Part shown: piece by piece, positions 50,070-60,408 of the stretch | How the letters are laid out: each line of letters opens with the position of its first letter | Position numbering within the stretch: the first letter of the stretch is position 1 | Origin: Blastocatellia bacterium | Lineage (GTDB): Bacteria; Acidobacteriota; Blastocatellia; RBC074 | Reading direction: 5' to 3' | DNA length: 64,000 bases | NCBI GenBank assembly: GCA_043775925.1 | Contig: JAYVRW010000226.1 | Coordinates: 52 to 64,051 of the forward strand | Translations under genes and position numbers: made by a program | The notes under the pieces: model-generated | The model's database searches: none | Told to the model about the DNA's origin: nothing | Seen by the model: only the letters and a program-made list of their open reading frames with translations

Positions 50070-50326
50070 AAAATCCTTTCTAATCTTCGACTGGGGAGCA
50101 AGCGTCCCGCTTGCTCCAAGCGTAGCGTCATACATTTTCTAAAAATTTCCCCTCGCCACAATTTTTCACGCCGCTCCCGCGACGATTGCAAGCAGGGACG
50201 CTTGCGCTCCAGTCAGTAATTATCATTACGCCGGCTCAAGCCAGCCTTCGCAGGGTATTAAGTTTTTGTTAAGAAGTTTAGCTGATGGCGGGGACAAATC
50301 TTGAATTACATTTTTGTAGTATATCG

Positions 50327-51136
50327 TTAAATTAGTGACGTAATTGTACTATTCTTATTTATTGCTTCGATAGCCTCTAAAGTAGTTTTACGCTCAAACC
50401 ACTGTAATTGTTCCCGTAATCTGACTACTTCGCCGATGATGATGATGGCTGGTGAGCTAATTTCATTGGTGGCGAGGAGTTCCGGGATTTCCTGCAAAGT
50501 GCAGGTATGGGTGATTTGATGCTGATATGTTCCTTGTTGAATGAAGGCGACGGGTGTTTGCGCATTTCTGCCGTGAAGTATTAATTGATTGGCAATATCC
50601 TGAATTTTTGCTACCCCCATAAAAATAACCAGTGTGTCTGAACCGTGCGCCAGATGTTGCCACTTGAGTTGTGATTCCTTTTTTGCCGGGTCTTCGTGTC
50701 CAGTAATAAAAGTGACGGAACTGCTGATGCCTCGATGCGTGATGGGGATTCCGGCGTATGCTGCTGCTGCCGCGCCCGAAGAAATTCCTGGTACGACTTC
50801 CCACGGAATGCCCGCTGAAATCAGGGCTTCGGCTTCTTCTCCACCACGTCCGAAGATGAATGGGTCTCCGCCTTTGAGCCTGACTACAATGTCATGTTCA
50901 GTAGCTTTCGTGACGAGGATCGCGTTGATGGTTTCCTGCTTCATCGCGCATTTATGCCCTTGTTTGCCGGCATAAATTAATTCAACGTGAGGAAGTGCGT
51001 TGGATAAAATTTCAGTATTAACAAGATGATCGTAGACAATGCAACCCGCCTTCTGGATAAGGTTGGATGCTTTGACCGTCAATAAATCCGGGTCTCCGGG
51101 GCCTGCACCAACTAAATATACTTTGCCAATTTTCAT
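50327..51136 (-). CDS. cobA: Uroporphyrinogen-III C-methyltransferase (siroheme synthesis)
   Basis: VYLVGAGPGDPDLLTVKA...GGDPFIFGRGGEE...VVPGISS are SUMT signatures. Confidence 0.8.
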   Translation of the reverse strand: MKIGKVYLVGAGPGDPDLLTVKASNLIQKAGCIVYDHLVNTEILSNALPHVELIYAGKQGHKCAMKQETINAILVTKATEHDIVVRLKGGDPFIFGRGGEEAEALISAGIPWEVVPGISSGAAAAAYAGIPITHRGISSSVTFITGHEDPAKKESQLKWQHLAHGSDTLVIFMGVAKIQDIANQLILHGRNAQTPVAFIQQGTYQHQITHTCTLQEIPELLATNEISSPAIIIIGEVVRLREQLQWFERKTTLEAIEAINKNSTITSLI

Positions 51137-51214
51137 GTTTCCTCAAGTTGTCTCTGGGGTGAAAACCCCGTCGCTACGGCTCCGGGTACTGTACCGGGAG
51201 CCGTAGCGCTGACA

Positions 51215-52768
51215 TTAAAACTTTTGCGTCAATTCAACGTAGGCAAAATGCATTTTGTTGCCCAGCGGATAGATGGCTGATTGTACTTTGCCGTGCGCTG
51301 ATCCGCCAAGATAAAAGGTGACAGAGGTGCGCGGAGTGAAAGTGTAATCGGCACTGACATCGGCGAATAATCCCAGACTATTTTGTCCATTGCTTGGACG
51401 CGAAGCATAGCCGAAAGTCTTCGCGTGGAAAGCTCCGCCTCCGGCGTACCATAAATCTTTGGCGCTGGATAAGCGCAGGTAATGCAAATCTGTTCGCAGG
51501 GCTAATTTTGCCGTAGGCTTAATCATCAGTTGCGCGAACATATCAGAGTTATTCATCGAATTGAAAAATGGAGTTCGTGCATAAATTCTTGGCGTTGGTA
51601 ACACCTGAAAATATGTGCTGTGCGTGTCATCGGTTGCGTCTTTATCTCCAGTGCTGTAATTGTAACCAATCCGCACCCAGGGCTTCACTTTGTCTAATAA
51701 TTTAGTGCCGCCGAATTGATAGCCTGTTTCAATTGCAAGCGCCGCCGAACGCTGTGTCAGGTTGCCCCAGCTTCCAAATTGACCGACGCCCCAGAACAAA
51801 ACGTCCAGCTTGCCAGTGCCTGATTTAATGGCGCTGATGTAATGACCTCCGACGGTAGTGAGCCTGATTTTATTGGGTAAATCGGCATTGCGTAACGCCA
51901 AAGCCCGGTTATCGGTTTTCACTAATCGCCGTCCATCGTGATATTGCAGCACGAACGCACGCGCTTCACTTTCACTATCCTTTGATTTGAAAGATTTCGT
52001 CGTAGCCGCATAAAAAAGGTCTACGTTTAATTCGTTCATCCCACGTAACTGGAAGACGCCTTCAGTTGGACGAGCGCCAAAAAATGTGAAATTTAACCCC
52101 TTATTATTGTAGCCGTATTGCATGCCATCAAAGCTGCGCCCGACGTGTGAAAATCCGAACGCTCCAATCAAACGCTGACTGATGTGATCGCGTTTGACGG
52201 CTAATAACGTCGGATCTTTCGGCGCGACTTCCATTCCATCATTGAATTCAAAACGTCCAACTTTGAGGTTGCTATATTTCCCGATGCTTTTGAAATTCAC
52301 ATAGGCTTGTTTGAGAAAAACGCTGGCGTCCTGATTGCCGTTAGCAGCGAAATAATTTGCGCCAAGTCCAAGCTGACCGAAGGGCGCAGCGGCGACTGCG
52401 GTCTTGGGTAAATTGGCTACAAAGGGAGCTTCGGCTTCGACCATCCATTCATAATTTTCTTTCTGCTGGCTTAATCCGACACGCAAGGTTCCAGCGCCAA
52501 AAGTATAGCTGCCATCGCCTGCGGTGGTGTCGAACCAATCCCAATTTTCAGCTCGTAAGCGCAGGCTGCCCGATACTGTGACCTGCCCGATTTTGATCGG
52601 AGCCGGTGCCACTGGCTTCGGAATTGGCTTGGGCGTAGGAGTCGGCGTCGCAGCAGCAACCATCGGTTTATTGGACGATGGTTGCGACTGCGCCGACTCC
52701 TGCTGGGCGTGTATGCTGAGGCTGAGAGAGCCGAAAAAGCATAAACTTAGAAGAAGTGTTGATTTGCG
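51215..52768 (-). CDS. Outer-membrane beta-barrel porin-like protein inside the nitrate assimilation cluster
   Basis: Signal peptide MRKSTLLLSLCFFGSLSLSIHAQQ. Pro-rich linker. Alternating amphipathic beta-strands. C-terminal ...YVELTQKF aromatic end. Confidence 0.5.
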   Translation of the reverse strand, partial: RKSTLLLSLCFFGSLSLSIHAQQESAQSQPSSNKPMVAAATPTPTPKPIPKPVAPAPIKIGQVTVSGSLRLRAENWDWFDTTAGDGSYTFGAGTLRVGLSQQKENYEWMVEAEAPFVANLPKTAVAAAPFGQLGLGANYFAANGNQDASVFLKQAYVNFKSIGKYSNLKVGRFEFNDGMEVAPKDPTLLAVKRDHISQRLIGAFGFSHVGRSFDGMQYGYNNKGLNFTFFGARPTEGVFQLRGMNELNVDLFYAATTKSFKSKDSESEARAFVLQYHDGRRLVKTDNRALALRNADLPNKIRLTTVGGHYISAIKSGTGKLDVLFWGVGQFGSWGNLTQRSAALAIETGYQFGGTKLLDKVKPWVRIGYNYSTGDKDATDDTHSTYFQVLPTPRIYARTPFFNSMNNSDMFAQLMIKPTAKLALRTDLHYLRLSSAKDLWYAGGGAFHAKTFGYASRPSNGQNSLGLFADVSADYTFTPRTSVTFYLGGSAHGKVQSAIYPLGNKMHFAYVELTQKF

Positions 52769-52776
52769 CATAAGTG

Positions 52777-54036
52777 CTAAGCCTCCGAAGTTTGTGGTGT
52801 AGTTTGTTTCCACGAAAATTTCCAGCCCTGCTGAATTGCGACAAGGACGCGGATCACGACGGCGGCAGTTAATGCAATGCCTCCCAGGACTGCAAAACCC
52901 GAAGCGAAAGTTCCAAAGGCCTGCTTGAAATTTCCCAGCAGCATCGGTAATAAGAATCCACCCACGCCACCAATGGCTCCGACGACTCCGGTTGCCAGTC
53001 CGATTTCTTCTCGAAACCTTTGTGGGACAATCTGGAAAATTGCGCCATTACCTAATCCCAGACACGCCATGCCAACCATCAAAATTGGAATCATCACGTT
53101 TAGCCCGAGTAAGAGGGAAGCCGTCAGGTAAGCGAGGCTGACACCGAAGAGGACAAAGGATAATAATTTTACGCCGCCGACTTTATCGGCAAGCCAGCCA
53201 CCAATTGGACGGATGCCACTGCCGACGAAGGCTACGAGCGCAGTCAGGTAGCCTGCCTGAACCGGTGTCACGTGATATTGATCGCGGAAAAATAATGGTA
53301 GAAAACTGCTGAGTCCGACGAAGCCGCCAAACGTCACGCTATACAATAAGCAGAACCACCACAAATCAGCCGTGCGCATAATTTTCAGATATTTGCTGAA
53401 TGGTTGCCCCTTGGTTTGATTCGGACTTTCTTTTGCCAGCATCAAAAATGCTACCAGCACGATTGCCAGCGGAATCATCGCCAGCACGAAAACGTTGTGC
53501 CATCCATAGGCATTCGCCAACCGTGGAGCCAGCAAATTTGTTATGATCGTGCCGCTGTTTCCGGCGGCTGCGATGCCCATTGCCAGTCCCTGTTTTTCGG
53601 GCGGATACCAGCGCGAAGCCAGCGGCAATGCGACAGCGAATGAAGCCCCCGCGACGCCAAGCATTAATCCTGCTGCGATGAGCGCTGACAAACTCTCGCC
53701 GCTCAACCAGCCCAGTGTCAGCGGAATAAAAAGAAACCCTAAAATTCCGGCTCCGACAGTTTTGCCGCCGATACCATCACTTAGTAAGCCGAGCGGAATG
53801 CGCAACAATGATCCGCTCAAAATCGGAATCGCCACGAGTAATGCTTTTTGTGAAGCGTTGAGTTTGAGGCTTTCGGCAATAAAAACACCGAGTGCACCCA
53901 GCATTACCCACAGCATGAAGCTCAGATCAAATTGTAAAAAACAGGCAAGTAAAGTTGGTGTATGTCCATTCAATTGAGGTTTATCATTACTCATTTGGCT
54001 TCCTTCTGATCGGTTACGGCTGGTTTTTGGGTACAA
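52777..54036 (-). CDS. narK: MFS nitrate/nitrite transporter (NNP family)
   Basis: 12-transmembrane MFS protein. Glycine-rich NNP signature-like segments (GLMLGVAGASFAV..., GGFLLPML). Confidence 0.7.
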   Translation of the reverse strand: MYPKTSRNRSEGSQMSNDKPQLNGHTPTLLACFLQFDLSFMLWVMLGALGVFIAESLKLNASQKALLVAIPILSGSLLRIPLGLLSDGIGGKTVGAGILGFLFIPLTLGWLSGESLSALIAAGLMLGVAGASFAVALPLASRWYPPEKQGLAMGIAAAGNSGTIITNLLAPRLANAYGWHNVFVLAMIPLAIVLVAFLMLAKESPNQTKGQPFSKYLKIMRTADLWWFCLLYSVTFGGFVGLSSFLPLFFRDQYHVTPVQAGYLTALVAFVGSGIRPIGGWLADKVGGVKLLSFVLFGVSLAYLTASLLLGLNVMIPILMVGMACLGLGNGAIFQIVPQRFREEIGLATGVVGAIGGVGGFLLPMLLGNFKQAFGTFASGFAVLGGIALTAAVVIRVLVAIQQGWKFSWKQTTPQTSEA

Positions 54037-54131
54037 CTATCCCAGCGTGTAGAGACAATGACTCCATTGACCTACGATTAATAATTTATGATTTACGGTT
54101 GAGGTCGGACTGATCCGACATGACTAAAAAA

Positions 54132-54953
54132 TTACATCGTGGCGGCTCCAAGATGTTTGACTAATTCAATGACCATCGGCCCCATTTTAGGGTGTTCAGG
54201 TTCGATTTTCGGGGTGATTCCAAGTTGTAATAACACCGCTGTGCAGGTCGGCCCGATGGAGGCGACGACGGTTTTGTGATTCAGAGAATCAAGCAATTCA
54301 TTGTCGCGTCCCAGGTCTTTGGCAACCTGAAATAAGTGCCGCGCCTGAATCTGACTGGTGAAAGCAACGGCATCAATTTTGCTGTGGCGTAAATCGTCAA
54401 TCAGTTTTTTCAGCGGCTCCAGATTTTCAGGGAGCTGCCATTCATACAAACAAAGCTCCAGTAATTTTGCGCCTCGTGCTTCCAGTGAGTTGGTAAGTTC
54501 GGCATTTCGTTCGCCGTAATGAAGGACAGCAACACCCTGATTTTGCAGGTCTAAATCGCTCGTCACGGCAATTAAATCTGTTGTCGTGTAAGGCTCGACC
54601 GCATTCAGCGTCGGCTTGATTCCATTGCGTGAAAGTACCGCTGTAGGTTTTGGCCCGCGACAAATTGTCGTAATTTTTCCTAGCGCATTGAGCAACTCAG
54701 CTTTTCTTTCCAGCTTTTCAGCTTCGGTAATTAAGCCTGCGACGGCGACGCCGGTTTGGAACACGACGAATTTAATTTCGCCGGATTGCAAATAATTCAG
54801 GAACGTCTCAACTTCATCCGTTGCGTCAATCAAGACTTCGCGCAAAGCCGGGGCGTTGATTGGTTCGCCGCCGTGTCGTTTGACTAAATTTGCTAATTCA
54901 CTGCTCATTCGTGCTTCCAGTAAGGCAATTTTTTTGCCGGTTAATTCGCTCAT
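54132..54953 (-). CDS. Uroporphyrinogen-III synthase (HemD)-family protein
   Basis: HemD-like two-lobe pattern. Location between the nirBD and narK genes. Confidence 0.5.
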   Translation of the reverse strand: MSELTGKKIALLEARMSSELANLVKRHGGEPINAPALREVLIDATDEVETFLNYLQSGEIKFVVFQTGVAVAGLITEAEKLERKAELLNALGKITTICRGPKPTAVLSRNGIKPTLNAVEPYTTTDLIAVTSDLDLQNQGVAVLHYGERNAELTNSLEARGAKLLELCLYEWQLPENLEPLKKLIDDLRHSKIDAVAFTSQIQARHLFQVAKDLGRDNELLDSLNHKTVVASIGPTCTAVLLQLGITPKIEPEHPKMGPMVIELVKHLGAATM

Positions 54954-55001
54954 TGTTGGTCCTTCGTTCGGTTCAGTACCGCGAGCCGTAGCGAGTGGGT
55001 G

Positions 55002-55394
55002 TTAATTCACCCCGACGCTACCACTGCGGGTACTGACATTTGATGACCAATGTAAAAGAATTTCTCCTGAATCGCTAACCTCTACCTGATAAGTTTTTAA
55101 AGATTCGCAATCGTTGCCGATGGGATTGCCAGTTGCCAGTTCAAATTTGAAAGCGTGCATTGGACAAATGACTTTGCCATCGCCCGTCAGTCCGTCGGCT
55201 AAAGCTCCCTCGCGGTGCGGGCATTTTGCCTGTAGCCCGAAGACTTCGCCTTTGCGCGTCCGAAAGACGACGATCTCTTCATCACCGATCTGGAATTCAC
55301 GACCTTCGCCGCGTGGGATGCGATAAATCGTTCCGAGATTAATGATGATTCCGGTCAGGTCAGTTTCAATTAAGGTAGTTGTATTTAATTGCAT
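55002..55394 (-). CDS. nirD: Nitrite reductase small subunit (Rieske-type)
   Basis: CPH...CPMH Rieske-like motif (KCPHREGAL...ICPMHAF). The start is probably the internal MQLNTT. Confidence 0.7.
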   Translation of the reverse strand: MQLNTTTLIETDLTGIIINLGTIYRIPRGEGREFQIGDEEIVVFRTRKGEVFGLQAKCPHREGALADGLTGDGKVICPMHAFKFELATGNPIGNDCESLKTYQVEVSDSGEILLHWSSNVSTRSGSVGVN

Positions 55395-55447
55395 AAAATA
55401 TTTGATGACGGAGACCCTCCTTAACAGTCGGGCTTCTGCCATATTCA

Positions 55448-57934
55448 TTACATAATTGCCCCGGCAAACGTTGGCTGCATTGGTTGAATTTGCACCAATG
55501 AATTTATGAATTGCGAAGGATGCACCGGCTCAATTGCTTCCAGCCAGGGATCAATATACGCATCAACGGCGGCTTGAATATCAGCATCCAGTCGGGCGCA
55601 AATTCCTTCGCTGTCTTCGATTAAAATCTCTCGTAATTTTTCGATGCCGAGACGTTCGACTAAACTCCAGGTACGCTCTAAATACTTCGCGTTTTCCCGG
55701 TAGTACTGCATAAAGCGTCCCATATACAAAAGCACTTCATCGTGCGTATCAACAGTCACGAGGAGGTCAGTTTTACGGACGTGCGCGCCGCCAGCGCCAC
55801 CGATTAACACTTCCCATTTGCCACCTTCAATCGCCATCGCGCTGATGTCTTTGATCGTTGCTTCGGCGCAATTTCGCGGGCAGCCCGTCGTCGCAAATTT
55901 CAATTTGTGCGGAGCTTCAATCCCTTGAAATCTTTTTTCAATTTTGATGCCGAGTCCGGTACTGTCGCCGACTCCGTAGCGGCAGAATTCTGTCCCGACG
56001 CAGGTTTTACAGGTGCGAAATGCTTTGGAGTAAGCGTGTCCTGAAGGCATTCCCAAATCGCGCCAGACGGCGGGCAAATCTTCTTTTTCAATACCGAGCA
56101 AATCAATGCGCTGACCACCGGTGATCTTCACCATTTTGACGTTGTATTTATCAGCCACATTGGCGATGCGTCGTAATTCATCAGCAGAAGTTACTCCACC
56201 GTAAATGCGCGGAATCACACTGAAGGTGCGGTCTTTCTGGATGTTGGCGTGCACACGATCATTGATAAAGCGGGCATCGCGTTCGTCATCGTATTCGCCA
56301 GGCCAAATTGTTTTGAGCAGGGAAGCCAGTCCCACCTTGCTCGCGGGGTCTTCTGTGCCATCCGCGAGCGCGTCAAATACGGCTGAGACGCTTTTTAATT
56401 CCTGATCTTTAATGGCTTCAATCAACTCAACTTTATTGAGCGGAACGCCGGGAACGTAATAATGAATTGACGGGTCTTCGACGGCTAAATCGCCTGCCGC
56501 GAATTCAAAAATATCTTTCACCTGCGATTTGCACGAACCGCAGCCAGTTCCAGCGCGGGTTGCGTCGCACAGCGATTTCAGCGAACGGCAACCGCCTTTG
56601 ACAGCGTTGACAATGGCTCCTTTAGAAACTCCGTTACAGTTGCAGATTTGCGCGTCGTCAGGCATTGCTTCCAGCGAAAGCCCTGCGCCGGAATCTGCAT
56701 AGTTCAGCGCGAAAAGTAATTCAGCGCGATTTTCCGGCAACAACGAATTGCGATCAAACGCCTGTAATAATGCGGGTGCAGTTGAAGTCTCCCCCAACAA
56801 CATTGCGCCCGCCAGTTGACCATTGCGCACGATTAACTTCTTGTAAATGCCGCGTCCAGGTTCTGTGTAAACCACGACTTCATCGTCAGGTTGCGCGGCT
56901 TCTTTTTCGCCCATCACGGCTAATTCAATGCCCATGACTTTGAGCTTGGTCGAAACTTTTGAGCCTTTGTAAGCGGCTTCAGGTTTGCGTCCGGTTAGAC
57001 GGTCTGCTAGGACAGCGGTCTGTTCCCAGAGCGGAGCGACGAGACCGTAAACTTTGCCGTCGTGCTGAGCGCATTCGCCGACTGAAAAAATATTTTCGTC
57101 ATCAATGGTCGTTAGACAATCTTTGACAACGATGCCGCGCTCGACCGTCAATCCGGCGTCTTTGGCTAATTGCGTGTTGGGACGGATGCCCGCCGAAATC
57201 ACTAGCATATCGCATTCCAGCGTAGAGCCGTCTTTGAATTCCAAGCCTGTGACGTGACCGTTACCCAAAATTTTCGTCGTAGATTTTTCGGTATGAACGT
57301 TGACGCCCATTGCTTCCATGCTGCGTCGCAGCGCGGCTCCACCGTGGGCGTCAAGCTGCATATCCATCAAATGAGACATCAGGTGGACAACGTGAACTTC
57401 AGCGCCAAAATTCAGCAATCCGCGTGCGGCTTCTAGTCCTAATAATCCACCGCCGATCACGACAGCTTTCTTTCCGCCCGCCGCATAATTTGAAATCGCT
57501 TCGCAATCATCCAGTGTCCGAAAGACGAAAACTCCATCTTTATTTTTGTCACCCTCTTCAGATTTCAAGCCTTCAAATGGTGGCACAAATGCTGAGCTTC
57601 CCGTTGCAATAACTAAATAATCATAGCTTTCAGAAATACCATCCGTGCCGTTCGCAATTTTGTTGGCACGATCAATCGAAGTGACGCGAATTCCGGCATG
57701 CAGCTTGATATTATTTTCCTGATACCAGCTTAGCGAATTGATGAAAATATCTTTTGGATCGTGTGTGCCGGATAAAACACCGGATAATAAAATTCGATTG
57801 TAGTTCCCGTATGGCTCATCGCCGAAAACTACGAAATCGAATTTCTCCGCGCCGCCTCTGGCTAAAACGTCTTCGACTAAACGAGCGCCCGCCATTCCGT
57901 TTCCGATCACAATAATTTTCTTTTTGCTGGACAT
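55448..57934 (-). CDS. nirB: Assimilatory nitrite reductase [NAD(P)H] large subunit
   Basis: N-terminal FAD/NAD Rossmann IIVIGNGMAG. BFD-like [2Fe-2S] CNCNGVSKG. Siroheme/4Fe-4S domain. Confidence 0.8.
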   Translation of the reverse strand: MSSKKKIIVIGNGMAGARLVEDVLARGGAEKFDFVVFGDEPYGNYNRILLSGVLSGTHDPKDIFINSLSWYQENNIKLHAGIRVTSIDRANKIANGTDGISESYDYLVIATGSSAFVPPFEGLKSEEGDKNKDGVFVFRTLDDCEAISNYAAGGKKAVVIGGGLLGLEAARGLLNFGAEVHVVHLMSHLMDMQLDAHGGAALRRSMEAMGVNVHTEKSTTKILGNGHVTGLEFKDGSTLECDMLVISAGIRPNTQLAKDAGLTVERGIVVKDCLTTIDDENIFSVGECAQHDGKVYGLVAPLWEQTAVLADRLTGRKPEAAYKGSKVSTKLKVMGIELAVMGEKEAAQPDDEVVVYTEPGRGIYKKLIVRNGQLAGAMLLGETSTAPALLQAFDRNSLLPENRAELLFALNYADSGAGLSLEAMPDDAQICNCNGVSKGAIVNAVKGGCRSLKSLCDATRAGTGCGSCKSQVKDIFEFAAGDLAVEDPSIHYYVPGVPLNKVELIEAIKDQELKSVSAVFDALADGTEDPASKVGLASLLKTIWPGEYDDERDARFINDRVHANIQKDRTFSVIPRIYGGVTSADELRRIANVADKYNVKMVKITGGQRIDLLGIEKEDLPAVWRDLGMPSGHAYSKAFRTCKTCVGTEFCRYGVGDSTGLGIKIEKRFQGIEAPHKLKFATTGCPRNCAEATIKDISAMAIEGGKWEVLIGGAGGAHVRKTDLLVTVDTHDEVLLYMGRFMQYYRENAKYLERTWSLVERLGIEKLREILIEDSEGICARLDADIQAAVDAYIDPWLEAIEPVHPSQFINSLVQIQPMQPTFAGAIM

Positions 57935-57952
57935 GATGACTCCTGAATGAGG

Positions 57953-60052
57953 TTAATTATCAGTATTAATTTGAATGCGGACTGAACAAACTTTGAATTC
58001 CGGCATCCGGCTGGTCGGGTCGAGCGCCGGATTGGTTAAGCGATTAACGGCCTGCGCTCCGCCCCAGTGAAACGGGACGAAGACCGTATCTTCACGAATC
58101 GTCGGTGTGACTTTGACCTTGAATTGGGCGGCGTCACGGCGCGTTTGTAACCAGACATTTGAACCGTTGCTCAAGCCATAACGCCGCGCTGTCGAAGGGT
58201 GAATTTCGGCTAACGGCTCGGCGGTCATTTCTACTAATTTGGCGACTCGTCGCGTTTGCGTACCGGATTGATAATGCGAAAGCACACGTCCGGTCGTCAG
58301 ATAAAATGGATAGTAAGCGTCCGGCTCTTCAGCAGGTGCGAGATGTCGCACCGCATGAAATTTTGCGCGTCCGTTGGGAGTGCCGAATTTTTCTGCAAAC
58401 AAGCGCGGCGTACCAGAATGATCTTCGGTCGGGCAGGGCCAGAATACGCCTTTATTAGCGCTTATTTTTTCGTAAGTAATACCGCTGTAATCGGCGATGC
58501 TGCCTTTGGTTGCAACGCGTAATTCATCAAAAACTTCGCCCGGATTTTCAAAGGCAAATTGATCGGGATGACCTAATCGCTGTCCCAATTCGCACAGGAT
58601 TTCCAGATCAGTTTTGACTCCATCAGGCGGCATCATGGCGCGTTGCCGCAGGATCACGCGACCTTCTAAATTTGTCATCGTGCCTTCTTCTTCAGCCCAT
58701 TGCGCAGCAGGTAAAACTACGTCGGCAAGCTGCGCGGTTTCGGATAAGAAGAAATCAGCCACGACGAGAAAGTCCAATGATTTCAATCTTTTTTTGATGT
58801 GCGTCGCGTTTGGTGAAGAAACGACGACGTTGGAGCCGATGACCAATAAAGCTTTGATTTCTGATCCTAATGCATCCAGTAATTCGTAGGCTGATTTGCC
58901 CGCCTTCGGAATTTCTTTGGCGTCAATGCCCCAGACCGCAGCCATGTGTTCGCGTGCGGAGGTGTCATCAATTTTGCGATAGCCCGGTAATTGATCGGCT
59001 TTCTGACCGTGTTCACGTCCACCTTGTCCGTTGCCTTGTCCGGTTAAGCAACCGTAGCCGCTGGATGGTCGTCCGGGGCGTCCGGTCGCTAAAGCAATAT
59101 TGATATACGAAAGTACATTGTTGACGCCCTGTGATTGTTGTTCCGGCCCGCGTCCGGTCAAAATCATCGCGGATTTCGCACGACCTAAAAGATGTGCGGC
59201 CTGCGTCATCTGCGCTTCAGAAACGCCTGTAATGCGCTCAACCTGCGAAGGCCAGTACGTTGCAACCAGGCCTTTGATCGTCTCAAACCCTTCAGTACGG
59301 GCGTTGATATAATCTTCATCAATCAAGCCATCACGCACGAGAATATGCAGGATTCCATTGGCCAACGCTGCATCAGAGCCGGGTGTCAATCGCAGATGTA
59401 AAGTCGCCTTTTCCGCCGTTGCCGATTGACGCGGATCAATGACGATTAATTTTCCGCCTTTGCCGCGCTGCGCTTCGATGTACTGCATAATCGGTGGCAT
59501 CGTTTCAGCGGTGTTGCTGCCAACCATCAAAATGACTTCAGCATTGGGAATATCTTCGAGTGGAAAGGGCAAGCCGCGATCAATTCCGAAGGCTTTGTTA
59601 TTGGCCGCTGCTGCTGAAGACATGCAGAAACGCCCGTTGTAATCAATGTTGGCAGTACCGAGCGCGAGCCGTGCGAATTTTCCCAGCAAATAGGTTTTTT
59701 CGTTGGTCAACGCGCCACTGCCAAATAATCCTGCCGCATCACGTCCATGTTTGATCTGGACTTCGGTGAAATTTACGGCGATGCGATTTAACGCTTCGTC
59801 CCAGGTGACAGGAACTAATTTTCCTTTGGCATTGCGAGCGAGGGGGGAAAGCAATCTTTCGGGATGGTTCAGCGTTTCCGCTGAAGTCCATCCCTTAATG
59901 CAAAGCGAGCCTTTATTAACTGGAAATTCATCATTACCTTGTACGCTCACTTCTTTGCCATGACCTGAGAGCAACATCCCGCATTGCATCGCGCAATACG
60001 GGCAATGGGTTGCCACAGGCTTTGGTTCGAGTGATGTCATCAAGTTGTTCAT
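57953..60052 (-). CDS. nasA: Assimilatory nitrate reductase catalytic subunit (molybdopterin oxidoreductase)
   Basis: N-terminal 4Fe-4S motif CPYCAMQCGM...C. Molybdopterin oxidoreductase domains. Confidence 0.8.
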   Translation of the reverse strand: MNNLMTSLEPKPVATHCPYCAMQCGMLLSGHGKEVSVQGNDEFPVNKGSLCIKGWTSAETLNHPERLLSPLARNAKGKLVPVTWDEALNRIAVNFTEVQIKHGRDAAGLFGSGALTNEKTYLLGKFARLALGTANIDYNGRFCMSSAAAANNKAFGIDRGLPFPLEDIPNAEVILMVGSNTAETMPPIMQYIEAQRGKGGKLIVIDPRQSATAEKATLHLRLTPGSDAALANGILHILVRDGLIDEDYINARTEGFETIKGLVATYWPSQVERITGVSEAQMTQAAHLLGRAKSAMILTGRGPEQQSQGVNNVLSYINIALATGRPGRPSSGYGCLTGQGNGQGGREHGQKADQLPGYRKIDDTSAREHMAAVWGIDAKEIPKAGKSAYELLDALGSEIKALLVIGSNVVVSSPNATHIKKRLKSLDFLVVADFFLSETAQLADVVLPAAQWAEEEGTMTNLEGRVILRQRAMMPPDGVKTDLEILCELGQRLGHPDQFAFENPGEVFDELRVATKGSIADYSGITYEKISANKGVFWPCPTEDHSGTPRLFAEKFGTPNGRAKFHAVRHLAPAEEPDAYYPFYLTTGRVLSHYQSGTQTRRVAKLVEMTAEPLAEIHPSTARRYGLSNGSNVWLQTRRDAAQFKVKVTPTIREDTVFVPFHWGGAQAVNRLTNPALDPTSRMPEFKVCSVRIQINTDN

Positions 60053-60130
60053 CCCAGCAAATCTCCAGAAACTAAAAACAGCAATTACAAAAAAAGGAAA
60101 CTACCAATGCAGCTTCAATAGATATAAGGG

Positions 60131-60145
60131 CAAGGTGCGTGCCAG
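60131..60145 (-). promoter_or_regulatory. Sigma-54 (-24/-12) promoter for the nasA operon
   Basis: The - strand reads cTGGCACGcaccTTGCc, a perfect TGGCACG-N4-TTGC match, about 80 nt upstream of the nasA ATG. Confidence 0.6.
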
Positions 60146-60331
60146 CGAATGAAATACTTGTGTAACCTGTTATGGAATTGGGAAATATAGTATTTATTAG
60201 AGATGGAAAAACGGAAAAGAGAGGGATGCGTTTTTCTCGTGCGCTACAATTTTGTGGCGTGTGGGATTGCTGGCAACGATTTGGTGGGTTAAGGGAAAAT
60301 GATGATGCCTTGCCTCTAGCAGCTCGCCAGC

Positions 60332-60407
60332 AATGCAGAAGCCCGCACGTAGTAAGGGCGTATATTTTCGCTGAAAAGCGCCCTTACTACATGCGGGCTT
60401 CTGCATT
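60332..60407 (-). other. Long, near-perfect stem-loop (about 28-bp stem) between the activator gene stop and the nasA promoter
   Basis: AATGCAGAAGCCCGCACGTAGTAAGGGCG / CGCCCTTACTACATGCGGGCTTCTGCATT. The single mismatch is a C.A pair in the + strand RNA but a G.U wobble in the - strand RNA. A T-run follows on the + strand. Confidence 0.6.
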
Positions 60408-60408
60408 T

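Noticed and set aside
50095-50117. GGAGCAAGCG-tcc-CGCTTGCTCC hairpin downstream of cobA
   Set aside because: Strong stem, but no U-tract in either orientation and 210 bp from the cobA stop. Cannot be supported as a terminator.
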